From NCBI GenBank assembly GCA_035763085.1, contig DASUBV010000339.1, forward strand, positions 2,224-66,223: a stretch of DNA of 64,000 nt. Reading direction: 5' to 3'. Numbering within the stretch: the first letter of the stretch is position 1; the number at the start of each line of letters is the position of its first letter. The notes below the pieces were generated by a model. The model made no database searches and was not told the origin of the DNA. It saw nothing but the letters and a program-made list of their open reading frames with translations. The translations under genes were made by a program, and so were the position numbers. This document shows, piece after piece, positions 10,114 through 18,330 of this stretch. This DNA comes from Streptosporangiaceae bacterium. Its GTDB lineage: Bacteria; Actinomycetota; Actinomycetes; Streptosporangiales; Streptosporangiaceae.

Positions 10114-10956
10114 GTGACACAGGACAAGGCCGAGGACAGGGCGCCGGCCGGGCCGCCGGGCTGGGTGCCGCCGGGCGTCGACACCCGCCGCGCCAACCCG
10201 GCCCGGGTCTACGACTACTGGCTGGGCGGCACGCATAACTTCCTGGCCGATCAGGATCTCGGCCGGGCCATGGCCGCCGTTGAGCCCGCGGTGCGGGACA
10301 TCGCCCGGGCTAACCGCGCCTTCCTCGGCCGCGCCGTCAGCTACCTGGCCGCCGAGGCCGGCGTTGACCAGTTCCTCGACATCGGCTCCGGCATCCCCAC
10401 GCAGGGCAACGTCCATGAGGTCACCGCCCGGCACAACCCGCGGGCCCGGGTGCTGTACGCCGACATCGACGCGGTCGCCGTGGCCCACTCCAAGGCCATC
10501 CTGGCCGGCCACCCGACCGCAGCGGTGATCTCGGCCGACGTGCGGCAGCCGGGCGACCTGCTCGCCCAGCCCGGCCTCGCCCTCCTGGACCTGGCGCAGC
10601 CGGCCGCCCTCCTGCTCGTCGCCGTGCTGCACTTCATCTCCGACGACGATGATCCGTGGCAGATCGTGGCCACCCTGCGCGACGCCCTGGCTCCTGACAG
10701 CTACCTGGTCCTGGCCCACGCCACCAACGAGAGCAGGCCCGGCACGATCCGCGCCGCCGAGAAGATCTACCAGCGGGGCGTGCCCAGCGAGGGCCGGACC
10801 CGGTCCCGGGCGGAGATCCTGCGCTTCTTCGACGGCTTCGACCTGCTCGACCCGGGCCTGGTGTACCTGCCGCAGTGGCGCCCGGCTGACCCCGCCGACG
10901 TGCCCGAGGACCCGGCCAGGCTGTGGTTCCTGGCCGGGGTCGCACGCAAGCCCTGA
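10114..10956 (+). CDS. SAM-dependent methyltransferase, DUF574 family
   Basis: ARVYDYWLGGTHNFLADQ N-terminal hallmark, FLDIGSGIPT SAM-binding motif and VLHFISDDDDP. GTG start chosen; the upstream in-frame part is Pro/Arg junk. Confidence 0.8.
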   Translation: MTQDKAEDRAPAGPPGWVPPGVDTRRANPARVYDYWLGGTHNFLADQDLGRAMAAVEPAVRDIARANRAFLGRAVSYLAAEAGVDQFLDIGSGIPTQGNVHEVTARHNPRARVLYADIDAVAVAHSKAILAGHPTAAVISADVRQPGDLLAQPGLALLDLAQPAALLLVAVLHFISDDDDPWQIVATLRDALAPDSYLVLAHATNESRPGTIRAAEKIYQRGVPSEGRTRSRAEILRFFDGFDLLDPGLVYLPQWRPADPADVPEDPARLWFLAGVARKP

Positions 10957-11070
10957 CCCGGTTCTTCGCAGCCAGCGGGCGCCGCACGCCGGCACCGCCC
11001 CGGCACGGCCGCTCGGGCCAGGCCCGCCTGCACCGCGCTATGAGCCCTACGACGTCCCCTGCGTCGTGCA

Positions 11071-11446
11071 CTAGCCCAAGCGCAGCAGCACCTTGCTGGA
11101 CCGGTCCGGCTCCGCCGCGACCTCGAACGCCTCGGCGGCCCGGTCCAGCGGGTAGACATGGCTGACCACCGGATCGACACGCGCGGCCGGGTCAGCCAGG
11201 AAAGTCAGGGCGTCGGGCAGCTCACCGGCCAGCCGCAGTGACCCCGTCACCGTCAGCTCGCCCGTGACGATGCGCCAGGCCGGCTCCGGCGCAGTCGCGC
11301 CAGTAGTGGATGTCGGAGCCGCAGATTCCGCCGTACTCGAGGCGCACGATGGCCTCATCCGGCTGCTGGCGGCGCGCTGGCAGTTCCTCCAGCCGCAGGT
11401 CGCCGCGGGCATAGATGCGCAGCGCCCGGATCGTGTGACTGCTCAT
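11071..11446 (-). pseudogene. Remnant of a zinc-type alcohol dehydrogenase (L-idonate 5-dehydrogenase-like) with a large internal deletion and frameshift
   Basis: N-terminal ~50 aa (RLEYGGICGSDIHYW) in one frame. C-terminal ~60 aa (LTVTGSLRLAGELPDALTFL...VSHVYPLDRAAEAFEVA...KVLLRL) in another frame. About 230 aa of the MDR fold are missing. Confidence 0.7.
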
Positions 11447-11465
11447 CAGCGGCTGCCCCTCCGGC

Positions 11466-12284
11466 CTAGGTGACGGCGGTCATGCCGCCGTCGACGAAGA
11501 TCACCTGGCCATTGACGAAGTCCGAGGCGCTGGAGGCCAGCCAGACAGCCGGGCCAGCCAGATCGGCGGGAGCGCCCCAGCGGCCGGCCGGCGTCCGCCC
11601 GACCACCCAGGCGCTGAATTCCGGGTCCGCCACCAGGGCGGCGTTCAGGTCGGTGTCGATGTAGCCGGGTGCCAGGCCGTTGGCCTGGATGCCATGAGCG
11701 GCCCAGCTCGCGCACATCGCCTGGCTGAGGCCGCCAAGGCCGGCCTTGGCGGCCGCGTAGGCCGCCGTGCTGGCGCGGACCAGCTTGTTCTGCACCGAGC
11801 AGATGTTGATGATCTTGCCGCGGCCACGCCCGACCATCCCCCGCGCGACGTGCTGGGCCAGCACGAAGCAGCTGGTGAGGTTGGCCGACAGCACGGCCTG
11901 CCAGGCATCCAGCGGGAACTCCAGCAGGTCAGCGCGATGCTGGATGCCGGCGTTGTTGACCAGGATGTCGATCCCGCCGAGCCGGCCCTCGAGGTCGCGC
12001 ACCGCGGCCAGCATGGCCGCCTGGTCGGTGACGTCAAAGCCGACGCTGTGCGGCGGATGGAGCCGGGCCGCAGGCACGGTATCCCGCAGGTGCGCGGCAG
12101 CCGCCGCGGCCCGGCCGGCGTCCCGGCCGTGGACGATCACGCTGGCGCCCGCGCTGACATACGCCGTCGCGATCGCCGCCCCGATGCCGCGGGTAGAACC
12201 GGTCACCAGGGCCCGCCGGCCGGTCAGGTCGAACAGCGAGCCGGGCGCAGCGGCGGGCTCGGCCAGGCTGGCGGGCTCAGTCAT
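11466..12284 (-). CDS. Short-chain dehydrogenase/reductase, gluconate 5-dehydrogenase-like
   Basis: TGSTRGIGAAIA cofactor motif, NNAG, YAAAKAG catalytic motif and FVNGQVIFVDGG C-terminus. Substrate assignment rests only on family resemblance and the neighbouring idnD remnant. Confidence 0.8.
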   Translation of the reverse strand: MTEPASLAEPAAAPGSLFDLTGRRALVTGSTRGIGAAIATAYVSAGASVIVHGRDAGRAAAAAAHLRDTVPAARLHPPHSVGFDVTDQAAMLAAVRDLEGRLGGIDILVNNAGIQHRADLLEFPLDAWQAVLSANLTSCFVLAQHVARGMVGRGRGKIINICSVQNKLVRASTAAYAAAKAGLGGLSQAMCASWAAHGIQANGLAPGYIDTDLNAALVADPEFSAWVVGRTPAGRWGAPADLAGPAVWLASSASDFVNGQVIFVDGGMTAVT

Positions 12285-12331
12285 GCATCATCAGTCCTCC
12301 GCGTCCAGGCCGGCGACGGCCGGGCTCTCCA

Positions 12332-13339
12332 TCATCGTGATAGATCTTGGTCGCCCTGGCGACGCGGGTCTACCCGCCGACCGCGGTTATCCCCGCCGCC
12401 TGGCGCGCTGGTGGCCAGCCGCCGGACCGCTGCGACGACCAGATCGGGACGTTCGGCGGGCAGGAACTGGCCGGCCCCCGGCACCACCTCGACGGCCAGG
12501 TCGCCGACTTGCGAGTGGCCGGCCAGCATCGCCGGCGGGGTGACCGGGTCGGCCGCCCCGGCCAGGATCAGTGTCGGCACCTCCAGCCGGGTGCGCGGGT
12601 ACCGGCCCATCACCAGGGCCGGGATGTCGTGGCACACGAACTGCCAGTGCACCTGCTCGCCGGCCCGGGCCCTGGCCGGCGGGCGGAGAGCGGCCGCGAA
12701 CTCCTCGGTCTCACCGGGCTCCCACACCGCCGCGTCGGCGGCCCCGTAGCGGAGCAGGAAAGCGGCGAATCCGGGCCAGTGCGCCAGCACCCGCCGGCCA
12801 ATCCCCGGGTACTCCAGCAATGCGGTGTACCAGTTCCGCCAGGCGTGCACCAGCAGTCGCCGCCGCACCGGCCACGGGTGGACGCAGTTCAGCGCCAGGA
12901 AGCCGGTGAACCGCTCCGGCGCGGCCAGGCACGCCCGGAAGCCGAGCACGCCGCCGCCGTGGTGCCCGATCAGCGTCGCCCTGGCCACGCCAAGCGCATC
13001 CATGAGATTCAGCACATCCCGTGCCCCGGTGGCCAGGTCATAGCCGCGGGCCGGGGCATCCGACCAGCCGAAGCCGCGCAGATCCGGGCAGATCAGCCGG
13101 TACTCGGGTGCCAGCAGGCCGATCACGTGCCGCCAGGCATACCAGTGCTGCGGGAAGCCGTGCAGCAGCAGCACCGGATCTCGCCCGCGGCTCTCACCAT
13201 CACCGGGCCCGGCCTCGGCGACGTGAAACCGCACCCCGCCCGCGTCCACGAACCGGTGCCGGACACCGGGCACCTCGGGCATTCCGCGCGCTGGCGACAC
13301 CCCGGCCGTGGCGGGGCTCCTGGCTGGCGTGACAGTCAT
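12332..13339 (-). CDS. Alpha/beta hydrolase, epoxide-hydrolase/haloalkane-dehalogenase-like, with atypical nucleophile elbow
   Basis: LLLHGFPQHWYAWR (HGxP oxyanion motif). The elbow reads LIGHHGGG where the family normally has GHDWGG. RBS GGGAGG lies 6 nt upstream of ATG 13339. Confidence 0.8.
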   Translation of the reverse strand: MTVTPARSPATAGVSPARGMPEVPGVRHRFVDAGGVRFHVAEAGPGDGESRGRDPVLLLHGFPQHWYAWRHVIGLLAPEYRLICPDLRGFGWSDAPARGYDLATGARDVLNLMDALGVARATLIGHHGGGVLGFRACLAAPERFTGFLALNCVHPWPVRRRLLVHAWRNWYTALLEYPGIGRRVLAHWPGFAAFLLRYGAADAAVWEPGETEEFAAALRPPARARAGEQVHWQFVCHDIPALVMGRYPRTRLEVPTLILAGAADPVTPPAMLAGHSQVGDLAVEVVPGAGQFLPAERPDLVVAAVRRLATSAPGGGDNRGRRVDPRRQGDQDLSR

Positions 13340-13558
13340 CGTGGGCCTCCCTTGATTGTTTGTCGCTACCGGGGAAGAGGCGGCAAACCACCGTCGCGTT
13401 CCCGTGACCCGCGTCACACCGTGACCCGGACTCACCCGCGGATGCCACGGCCCAAAACCCATAGCGGCTCGGCCCACCTGCAAATGTGACCGCCGTCACG
13501 GGAACGTCAGGCGATCAGCCCTCCTCTTCCTCGGTAGGTGACCTACCAAGGAGGACTG

Positions 13559-13971
13559 ATGAAAGCTCGAGCGACGATGGCAGCGATCGCGGCCGCTGCA
13601 TTGTCAGCCGGGACAATCGCGGCGGCACCCGCCGCGTCTGCCGCGCCAGCGGCGCTGACGGCGCCCAGCCGCGAGGTGTATGTATCGATGCCGGGAGCGG
13701 CCGGGCCAGGTCCGGCGAGGTACGACACGGTTCATGTCCTTGAGGTGGGCGCGGCCGCTGCGCGTCAGGTGCTAGTCCTGGCCCCTGGCTTGTTCGGGGC
13801 GGCAGGCGGCCTGGCGCCGCTGGCACGAGAGGCTGGGTGGTTTCGCACTCCCGGATCCCCGCCGCCGTCTACGCCCGCAATGACGCGATGACCCACCTGG
13901 ATGCGCTGCTTGCCAGTCCCGGCAAGAACACCATGCTGGCAACGCTGGTCCCGTTCCTGCGCAAGTACTGA
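13559..13971 (+). pseudogene. Internally deleted secreted alpha/beta hydrolase
   Basis: AAGGAGG RBS plus signal peptide MKARATMAAIAAAALSAGTIAAAPAASA and about 90 aa of N-terminus in one frame (stop 13889-13891). A C-terminal tail ...AAVYARNDAMTHLDALLASPGKNTMLATLVPFLRKY (catalytic-His-like context) lies in another frame and ends at 13971. The central core is missing. Confidence 0.55.
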
Positions 13972-14068
13972 ACACGATGCCTGCCGGTTCATCCCAGCGA
14001 ACGGCCCAACCTGGTCGCCGCAGCGGCGCGGCGGCTGTTCGCCGACGACGGGCCGGGCAGCGGCCATA

Positions 14069-14584
14069 ATGGTGCCGATGGCGGTAAGCCCCGAGATTGA
14101 CCCGGGCCTGGTCCGGGCGGCCCAGCACGGGGACCGGATGGCACAGGGCGAGCTGATGGACGCGCTGATCCCCTTCCTCGGCCGGATATGTGGCCCGATC
14201 GCCCTGCAAGATGGCCCGGATGCGGTGCAGGAGGCTCTGATCGCGATCTTCCGCAACCTCGGCCAGCTCCGCGACCCGGTGGCGATATTCGGCTGGGCCC
14301 GGGCGATCGCCGTCCGGGAGGCGGTCCGGGTCGCGCGGCAGGCCGCCCGTGCGATCCCAGGCGAGCTCGCCGACCTCCCGGCACCCGGCGACCCGCAACT
14401 CGCCGCCGACATCGCCGACGTGCTCAGTCGCCTGACCCCCGAGCACCGGGCCATCCTGGTCCTGCGCGACCTGGACGGACTGGGCGAACGGGAGGCCGGT
14501 GCGCTGCTGGCCATCCCGGCCGGGACCGTACGGTCGCGGCTGTTGCGGGCCCGCCGCGCGTTCCGGAAGGCGTGGGGGCAATGA
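14069..14584 (+). CDS. ECF-type RNA polymerase sigma-70 family factor
   Basis: Region 2 (AVQEALIAIFRNL...WARAIAVREA) and region 4 (LTPEHRAILVLRDLDGLGEREAGALLAIPAGTVRSRLLRARRAFRKAW). Start is ATG 14069 or 14078. Confidence 0.85.
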   Translation: MVPMAVSPEIDPGLVRAAQHGDRMAQGELMDALIPFLGRICGPIALQDGPDAVQEALIAIFRNLGQLRDPVAIFGWARAIAVREAVRVARQAARAIPGELADLPAPGDPQLAADIADVLSRLTPEHRAILVLRDLDGLGEREAGALLAIPAGTVRSRLLRARRAFRKAWGQ

Positions 14585-15054
14585 ACCAGCAGTGGCCGGT
14601 CGCTGAACTCGACCCCGTCCGCCGGCTCCGGGTGATCGCCGCTACGACACCTGGCGTGATCTACGCCGAGCAGCACATCCCGGCCCCCTTCGGCGAGGTC
14701 TGGGCTGTGGCGTCCGACCTGGAAAACGAGTTGCCCCGCATCGTCGCCGACGTGCGGACGTTCACGATCACCGCATCAGCCGGCGAACGGCTGCAAGCAC
14801 GAGCCCGCAGCCGCCTCGGCCTGCGCGCCCGGTTCGACGTGGTGCTGCGCCCCGGCTGGTGCCTGATGCAAAGCCGCTTCCTGTTCTTCGGCATGGCCGC
14901 GGTCCCTGAGGACGGCGGCACCCGGTTCGCGGGCCTCGGCGCGCTGCGCGTTCCGGGAGCCAGGCTGCTGGCCCCCCTCGACCGGCTGCTGCTCACCCAG
15001 CGGCTTGGCTACGGCGCCATTGACCGCCTTGCCGACCGGGCCCGGTCGCGGTGA
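14581..15054 (+). CDS. SRPBCC (START/polyketide-cyclase-like) superfamily protein, translationally coupled to the ECF sigma
   Basis: ATG 14581 overlaps the sigma stop codon (ATGA). Size (~157 aa) and pattern (IPAPFGEVWAVASDLENELPRIV...) fit the SRPBCC fold. No TM segment. Confidence 0.65.
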   Translation: MNQQWPVAELDPVRRLRVIAATTPGVIYAEQHIPAPFGEVWAVASDLENELPRIVADVRTFTITASAGERLQARARSRLGLRARFDVVLRPGWCLMQSRFLFFGMAAVPEDGGTRFAGLGALRVPGARLLAPLDRLLLTQRLGYGAIDRLADRARSR

Positions 15055-15111
15055 CCACACGCCAGGAACCTGGCCGGGTACCGCCGGCCGTGAAAGTGAG
15101 GAACAGATGAA

Positions 15112-15131
15112 CCGGGGCGCAGCCGCCCCGG
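15112..15131. terminator. Hairpin between convergent SRPBCC and ABC permease genes
   Basis: ccggggcg-cagc-cgccccgg: 8-bp GC stem with a 4-nt loop. Confidence 0.4.
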
Positions 15132-15168
15132 AGCCCCCGGCGCCAGGGGCAGCCCGGCGGCCAGCCGG

Positions 15169-15942
15169 TCACGCGGCGGGGTCTCGCCGGCTGAGCAGCG
15201 CCCATGCGGCTGTCAGGGCGACCGCGATGGCGGCAGCCTGCGCGACCAGGCCGGGCATGAGCCCGCTGCCGCCGCCGTCAAACAACTGCGTCCAGCGCAG
15301 CCAGTAGTGCACCGGAAGGAGCACGACGATGGCGTGCAGGGGCCGGACCCCGTCGAGCACCGTGGAGCCCACGAGAAATGCGACGCTGATCCCGAGGGCC
15401 TCCACGGACCGGGGCAGCAGCAGGCCCAGCGCGAGGGCGATCGATCCCACGCTCAGCAGGCAGATGGTCAGGTACCCGCTGGCACCGAGCACGGCCCAGG
15501 TGGCAGCGGCCGTCGACAGGGCGCTGGCGCCGCCGCGATGGAAGGGATGCCAGCCGAATACCGCGACCCCGGTCACCAGGGTGACTACGAGGAACGTGAC
15601 GACGGCCAGCGCGGTGCAGACCACCAGCGCCCACCACTTGCCGGCCAGCAGCCTCCCGCGGCTCACCGGCCGCACGTAGAGGTAGCGCAGCGTCCCCCAG
15701 TCGCGGTCCGATCCGCCGAGGATGCTGCCGAATACCGCGACGACCAGGCCGAACAGCACAGGGTCCATGAAGTTCAGGCCCGACTCGGTGAAGTTGAGCG
15801 CCGAGAACGTCGCGGCCCCGCCCCGTCCCCCCGCCTTGGACGCCTCGGTCACCCCGGCCAGGATCGGCACCGCCGCGAGGACGGCGAGCAGGATCAGGCT
15901 CCGCAGCCGCCGCAGCTGGGTCGCGAGCTCAACGCGCAGCAT
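15169..15942 (-). CDS. ABC-2 type transporter permease
   Basis: Six predicted hydrophobic segments. The start ATG 15942 overlaps the ATPase gene's 3' end by 14 nt. Confidence 0.8.
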   Translation of the reverse strand: MLRVELATQLRRLRSLILLAVLAAVPILAGVTEASKAGGRGGAATFSALNFTESGLNFMDPVLFGLVVAVFGSILGGSDRDWGTLRYLYVRPVSRGRLLAGKWWALVVCTALAVVTFLVVTLVTGVAVFGWHPFHRGGASALSTAAATWAVLGASGYLTICLLSVGSIALALGLLLPRSVEALGISVAFLVGSTVLDGVRPLHAIVVLLPVHYWLRWTQLFDGGGSGLMPGLVAQAAAIAVALTAAWALLSRRDPAA

Positions 15943-16843
15943 CGTTCTGCCCCACCAATCCGAGGAAGGCCTCCTCAAGGCTCCGCGTGGCCCGCACCGC
16001 CACGACTCCCACTCCCGCCACGACCAGTTCCTGATTGAGTTCCGTCACGGTGCGGCCGGGCGCGGTGACCAGCAGCCGCCGGCCGCGTGTCTCTACGGAC
16101 TGCACGCCCGACACCGCGCGCAGGATCTCCCCGGCCCTGGCGGCGTCGTCCACCTCGAACTCGTACGCGTCAGCGCCCAGCAGGTCCGCCAGCTTTCCCG
16201 CCGCGATGACCGCGCCCGCGTTCATGACCACGGCATGCGTGGCCAGCAGCTCGATCTCGGCGAGGAGGTGGCTGGAGACGAGAACCGCGGTGCCGCGCTC
16301 AGCGAGCCGGCTCAGGTACTCGCGGAGCGCGCGGACCTCGCCGGGGTCGAGCCCGTTGGCGGGCTCGTCCAGGATGAGCACCTCGGGGGCGCCCATCAGG
16401 GCCTGGGCCAGCATCAGCCGCTGGCGCATGCCCATCGAGTAGGTCTTCGACTTCTCCTCGAGCGCCCGGCCCAGGCCGGCCACCTCCAGGCTCTCCTCCA
16501 GCGCGGGGGGAGGCCACTGGCGCCTGCCGGCCCGCCAGGCTAGCTCCAGGTTGCGCCGGCCGCTCAGGTGCGGCACGAAGGCGGGACCGTCAATTGCCAC
16601 GCCGGCCCGGGCGAGGACTCCCGCCGCGAGCCGGCTCGGCTCGCCCAGCAGCCGGGCGGTGCCGCTGTCCGGCCGGGACAGGCCGACCAGCACGCGCATG
16701 GTGGTGGTCTTGCCCGCGCCGTTGGGCCCGAGCAGCCCGCAGATCTGCCCGCGCTCGACCTCGAACGTGACTCCGTCGATGGCGCGGCGACGCCGGTAGC
16801 TCTTGGTCAGTCCGTGTGCCGCCACGGCGACCGTTTCGGCCAT
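15929..16843 (-). CDS. ABC transporter ATP-binding protein (DrrA/CcmA-like exporter subunit)
   Basis: Walker A GLLGPNGAGKTT, signature YSMGMRQR, Walker B VLILDEPANGLD, H-loop SSHLL. Confidence 0.9.
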   Translation of the reverse strand: MAETVAVAAHGLTKSYRRRRAIDGVTFEVERGQICGLLGPNGAGKTTTMRVLVGLSRPDSGTARLLGEPSRLAAGVLARAGVAIDGPAFVPHLSGRRNLELAWRAGRRQWPPPALEESLEVAGLGRALEEKSKTYSMGMRQRLMLAQALMGAPEVLILDEPANGLDPGEVRALREYLSRLAERGTAVLVSSHLLAEIELLATHAVVMNAGAVIAAGKLADLLGADAYEFEVDDAARAGEILRAVSGVQSVETRGRRLLVTAPGRTVTELNQELVVAGVGVVAVRATRSLEEAFLGLVGQNDAAR

Positions 16844-16904
16844 GGTGTGCTCCTGTTAGTAGGCATGGCGAACCGCGGGGCCGGCCCTTCGCCGGACCCT
16901 CCGG

Positions 16905-16945
16905 TCAGTGGTGTTCAGTCAGTGGTGTTCGGTGAATGGGTGTTC
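16905..16945 (-). promoter_or_regulatory. Three direct repeats upstream of the ABC ATPase gene (candidate operator/promoter element)
   Basis: tcagtggtgttc at 16905-16916 and again at 16919-16930, plus a degenerate copy gaatgggtgttc at 16934-16945. Spacing is 14-15 bp. They lie in the 114-bp gap between the HAAS gene stop and the ATPase start. Confidence 0.45.
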
Positions 16946-16957
16946 AGGTGGCGGCGC

Positions 16958-17974
16958 TCAGGCGGTGGTGGCGATCTTCACGCGGCTGCGCATCTCGAGC
17001 GGCCGCACGGCGCGCAGGCCGAGAACGCCGCCCAGCGCGGCGAAGCAGGTGTAGACCGCCGCCGCCTCCATGGCGGAGCCGAGGAAATCGGGATCGCCGA
17101 TCAGCAGGTCAGGAGCCTTCAGCAGCAGGCCGGCCGCCACCGACACCGTCGCCGCGGCGCGCCAGGGATGATGCCGCAGGTCCAGCCAGCGTGTCAGCCA
17201 CGGTGTCCGCTCGCGAGCCATCCGCCAGCTGTCCCCGGCAAGCTGGTGCGCCCGGGCTGCCAGTGACCATCTCCCGGCCAGCGCGCCACCGACCGCGGCG
17301 ATGACGTCGAGGACGTCCTCCCCCGCAGAGCGCCCCAGCCAGGACGCCCGCGCGGCGGCGCGCAGGCCGATGATCGCCGCCACCGGGGTGGCGGCCACGA
17401 CGATGGCCAGCAACAGCCGCTCGGCAGCGGGCATCCCCGTGCCGAGGTTGGCCGCGGCCACCACGACGACCGGAAGAAGCAGGACACTGGCCAGCGCCAG
17501 GCTGCGCCCGGCCAGGGCCGCCGGACGCCCGGCCAGCAGCGTGCCGCGCAGCCACGGCGCCACGGCGGCAAGGAACAGCGCGATAGCGCCGCAGGCGACC
17601 GGCACCTGCACCCAGAGCTGCATCACCAGGGAGAAAACCAGCCCGCTGGGCCAGGGCCGGGCGGCGCCAGTCTGCAGCGACAGGCCGGCCGCAAAGAACG
17701 CCGCCGCGGCGCAGGCCGCCAGCCCGCAGGCCGCCCGGCTCAGCGCGTACCGCACGGCGTCAGCGTTGAACTCGGCGGCCAGCTCGGCCGGGGCGCCGAA
17801 TCGCTGCACCGCCCGCTCGGCGGCCAGCACGTCGTCAGCCCCCCGTGCTGTCTCATCGGCGATCAGCTCCGCGAGGTGATCGGAGACCTCGGCGCTGATT
17901 CGCCGCTGGCGCCGCGCGCCGACCCGCAGCGCCGTGCCCAGCTCGCCGAGATAGTCCGTGACAGCGGTGCTCAT
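16958..17974 (-). CDS. Membrane protein with N-terminal HAAS/permease-prefix domain (PadR-associated sensor-like partner)
   Basis: The N-terminus YLGELGTALRVGARRQRRISAEVSDHLAELIADE...AVQRFGAPAELAAEF is typical of PadR-adjacent membrane partners. It is followed by about 6 hydrophobic segments. Confidence 0.7.
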   Translation of the reverse strand: MSTAVTDYLGELGTALRVGARRQRRISAEVSDHLAELIADETARGADDVLAAERAVQRFGAPAELAAEFNADAVRYALSRAACGLAACAAAAFFAAGLSLQTGAARPWPSGLVFSLVMQLWVQVPVACGAIALFLAAVAPWLRGTLLAGRPAALAGRSLALASVLLLPVVVVAAANLGTGMPAAERLLLAIVVAATPVAAIIGLRAAARASWLGRSAGEDVLDVIAAVGGALAGRWSLAARAHQLAGDSWRMARERTPWLTRWLDLRHHPWRAAATVSVAAGLLLKAPDLLIGDPDFLGSAMEAAAVYTCFAALGGVLGLRAVRPLEMRSRVKIATTA

Positions 17975-17977
17975 CGC

Positions 17978-18298
17978 TCACGCCCCTTGCCATATCGCGT
18001 CCACGGCCGCCGCGAACGTCCGCCACTCCTGCCGCCGGTCCGCCGTCGCCCGGCGGCCCCGGGCGGTCAGCTCGTAGACCCGCCGCCGCCGTCCGCCGGC
18101 CTCAGACCAGCCGCTTTCCACCAGCCCCGCCTGTTCCAGGCGGTGCAGTGCTGGGTACACCGTGCCCTCCGGCAGCTCGAAGAACCCGCTGCTTCGCTCG
18201 CGCAGCAGCTCGATCAGCGCATAGCCGTGAGCCGGGCCGCCGGCGAGCACCGCCAGCACCAGCCCGTCCAGATGGCCGCGCACCGCATCCTGACTCAT
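17978..18298 (-). CDS. PadR family transcriptional regulator
   Basis: LDGLVLAVLAGGPAHGYALIELL...GTVYPALHRLEQAGLVES...RRRVYELTARG winged-helix pattern. Confidence 0.9.
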   Translation of the reverse strand: MSQDAVRGHLDGLVLAVLAGGPAHGYALIELLRERSSGFFELPEGTVYPALHRLEQAGLVESGWSEAGGRRRRVYELTARGRRATADRRQEWRTFAAAVDAIWQGA

Positions 18299-18330
18299 GC
18301 CTAGGTAATCTAGGCATAGACAGCCTAGGC
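18297..18330. promoter_or_regulatory. Candidate PadR auto-operator
   Basis: Perfect 8-bp inverted repeat ATGCCTAG-gtaat-CTAGGCAT (18297-18317) overlapping the padR start codon, plus the palindrome GCCTAGGC at 18323-18330. Confidence 0.5.
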
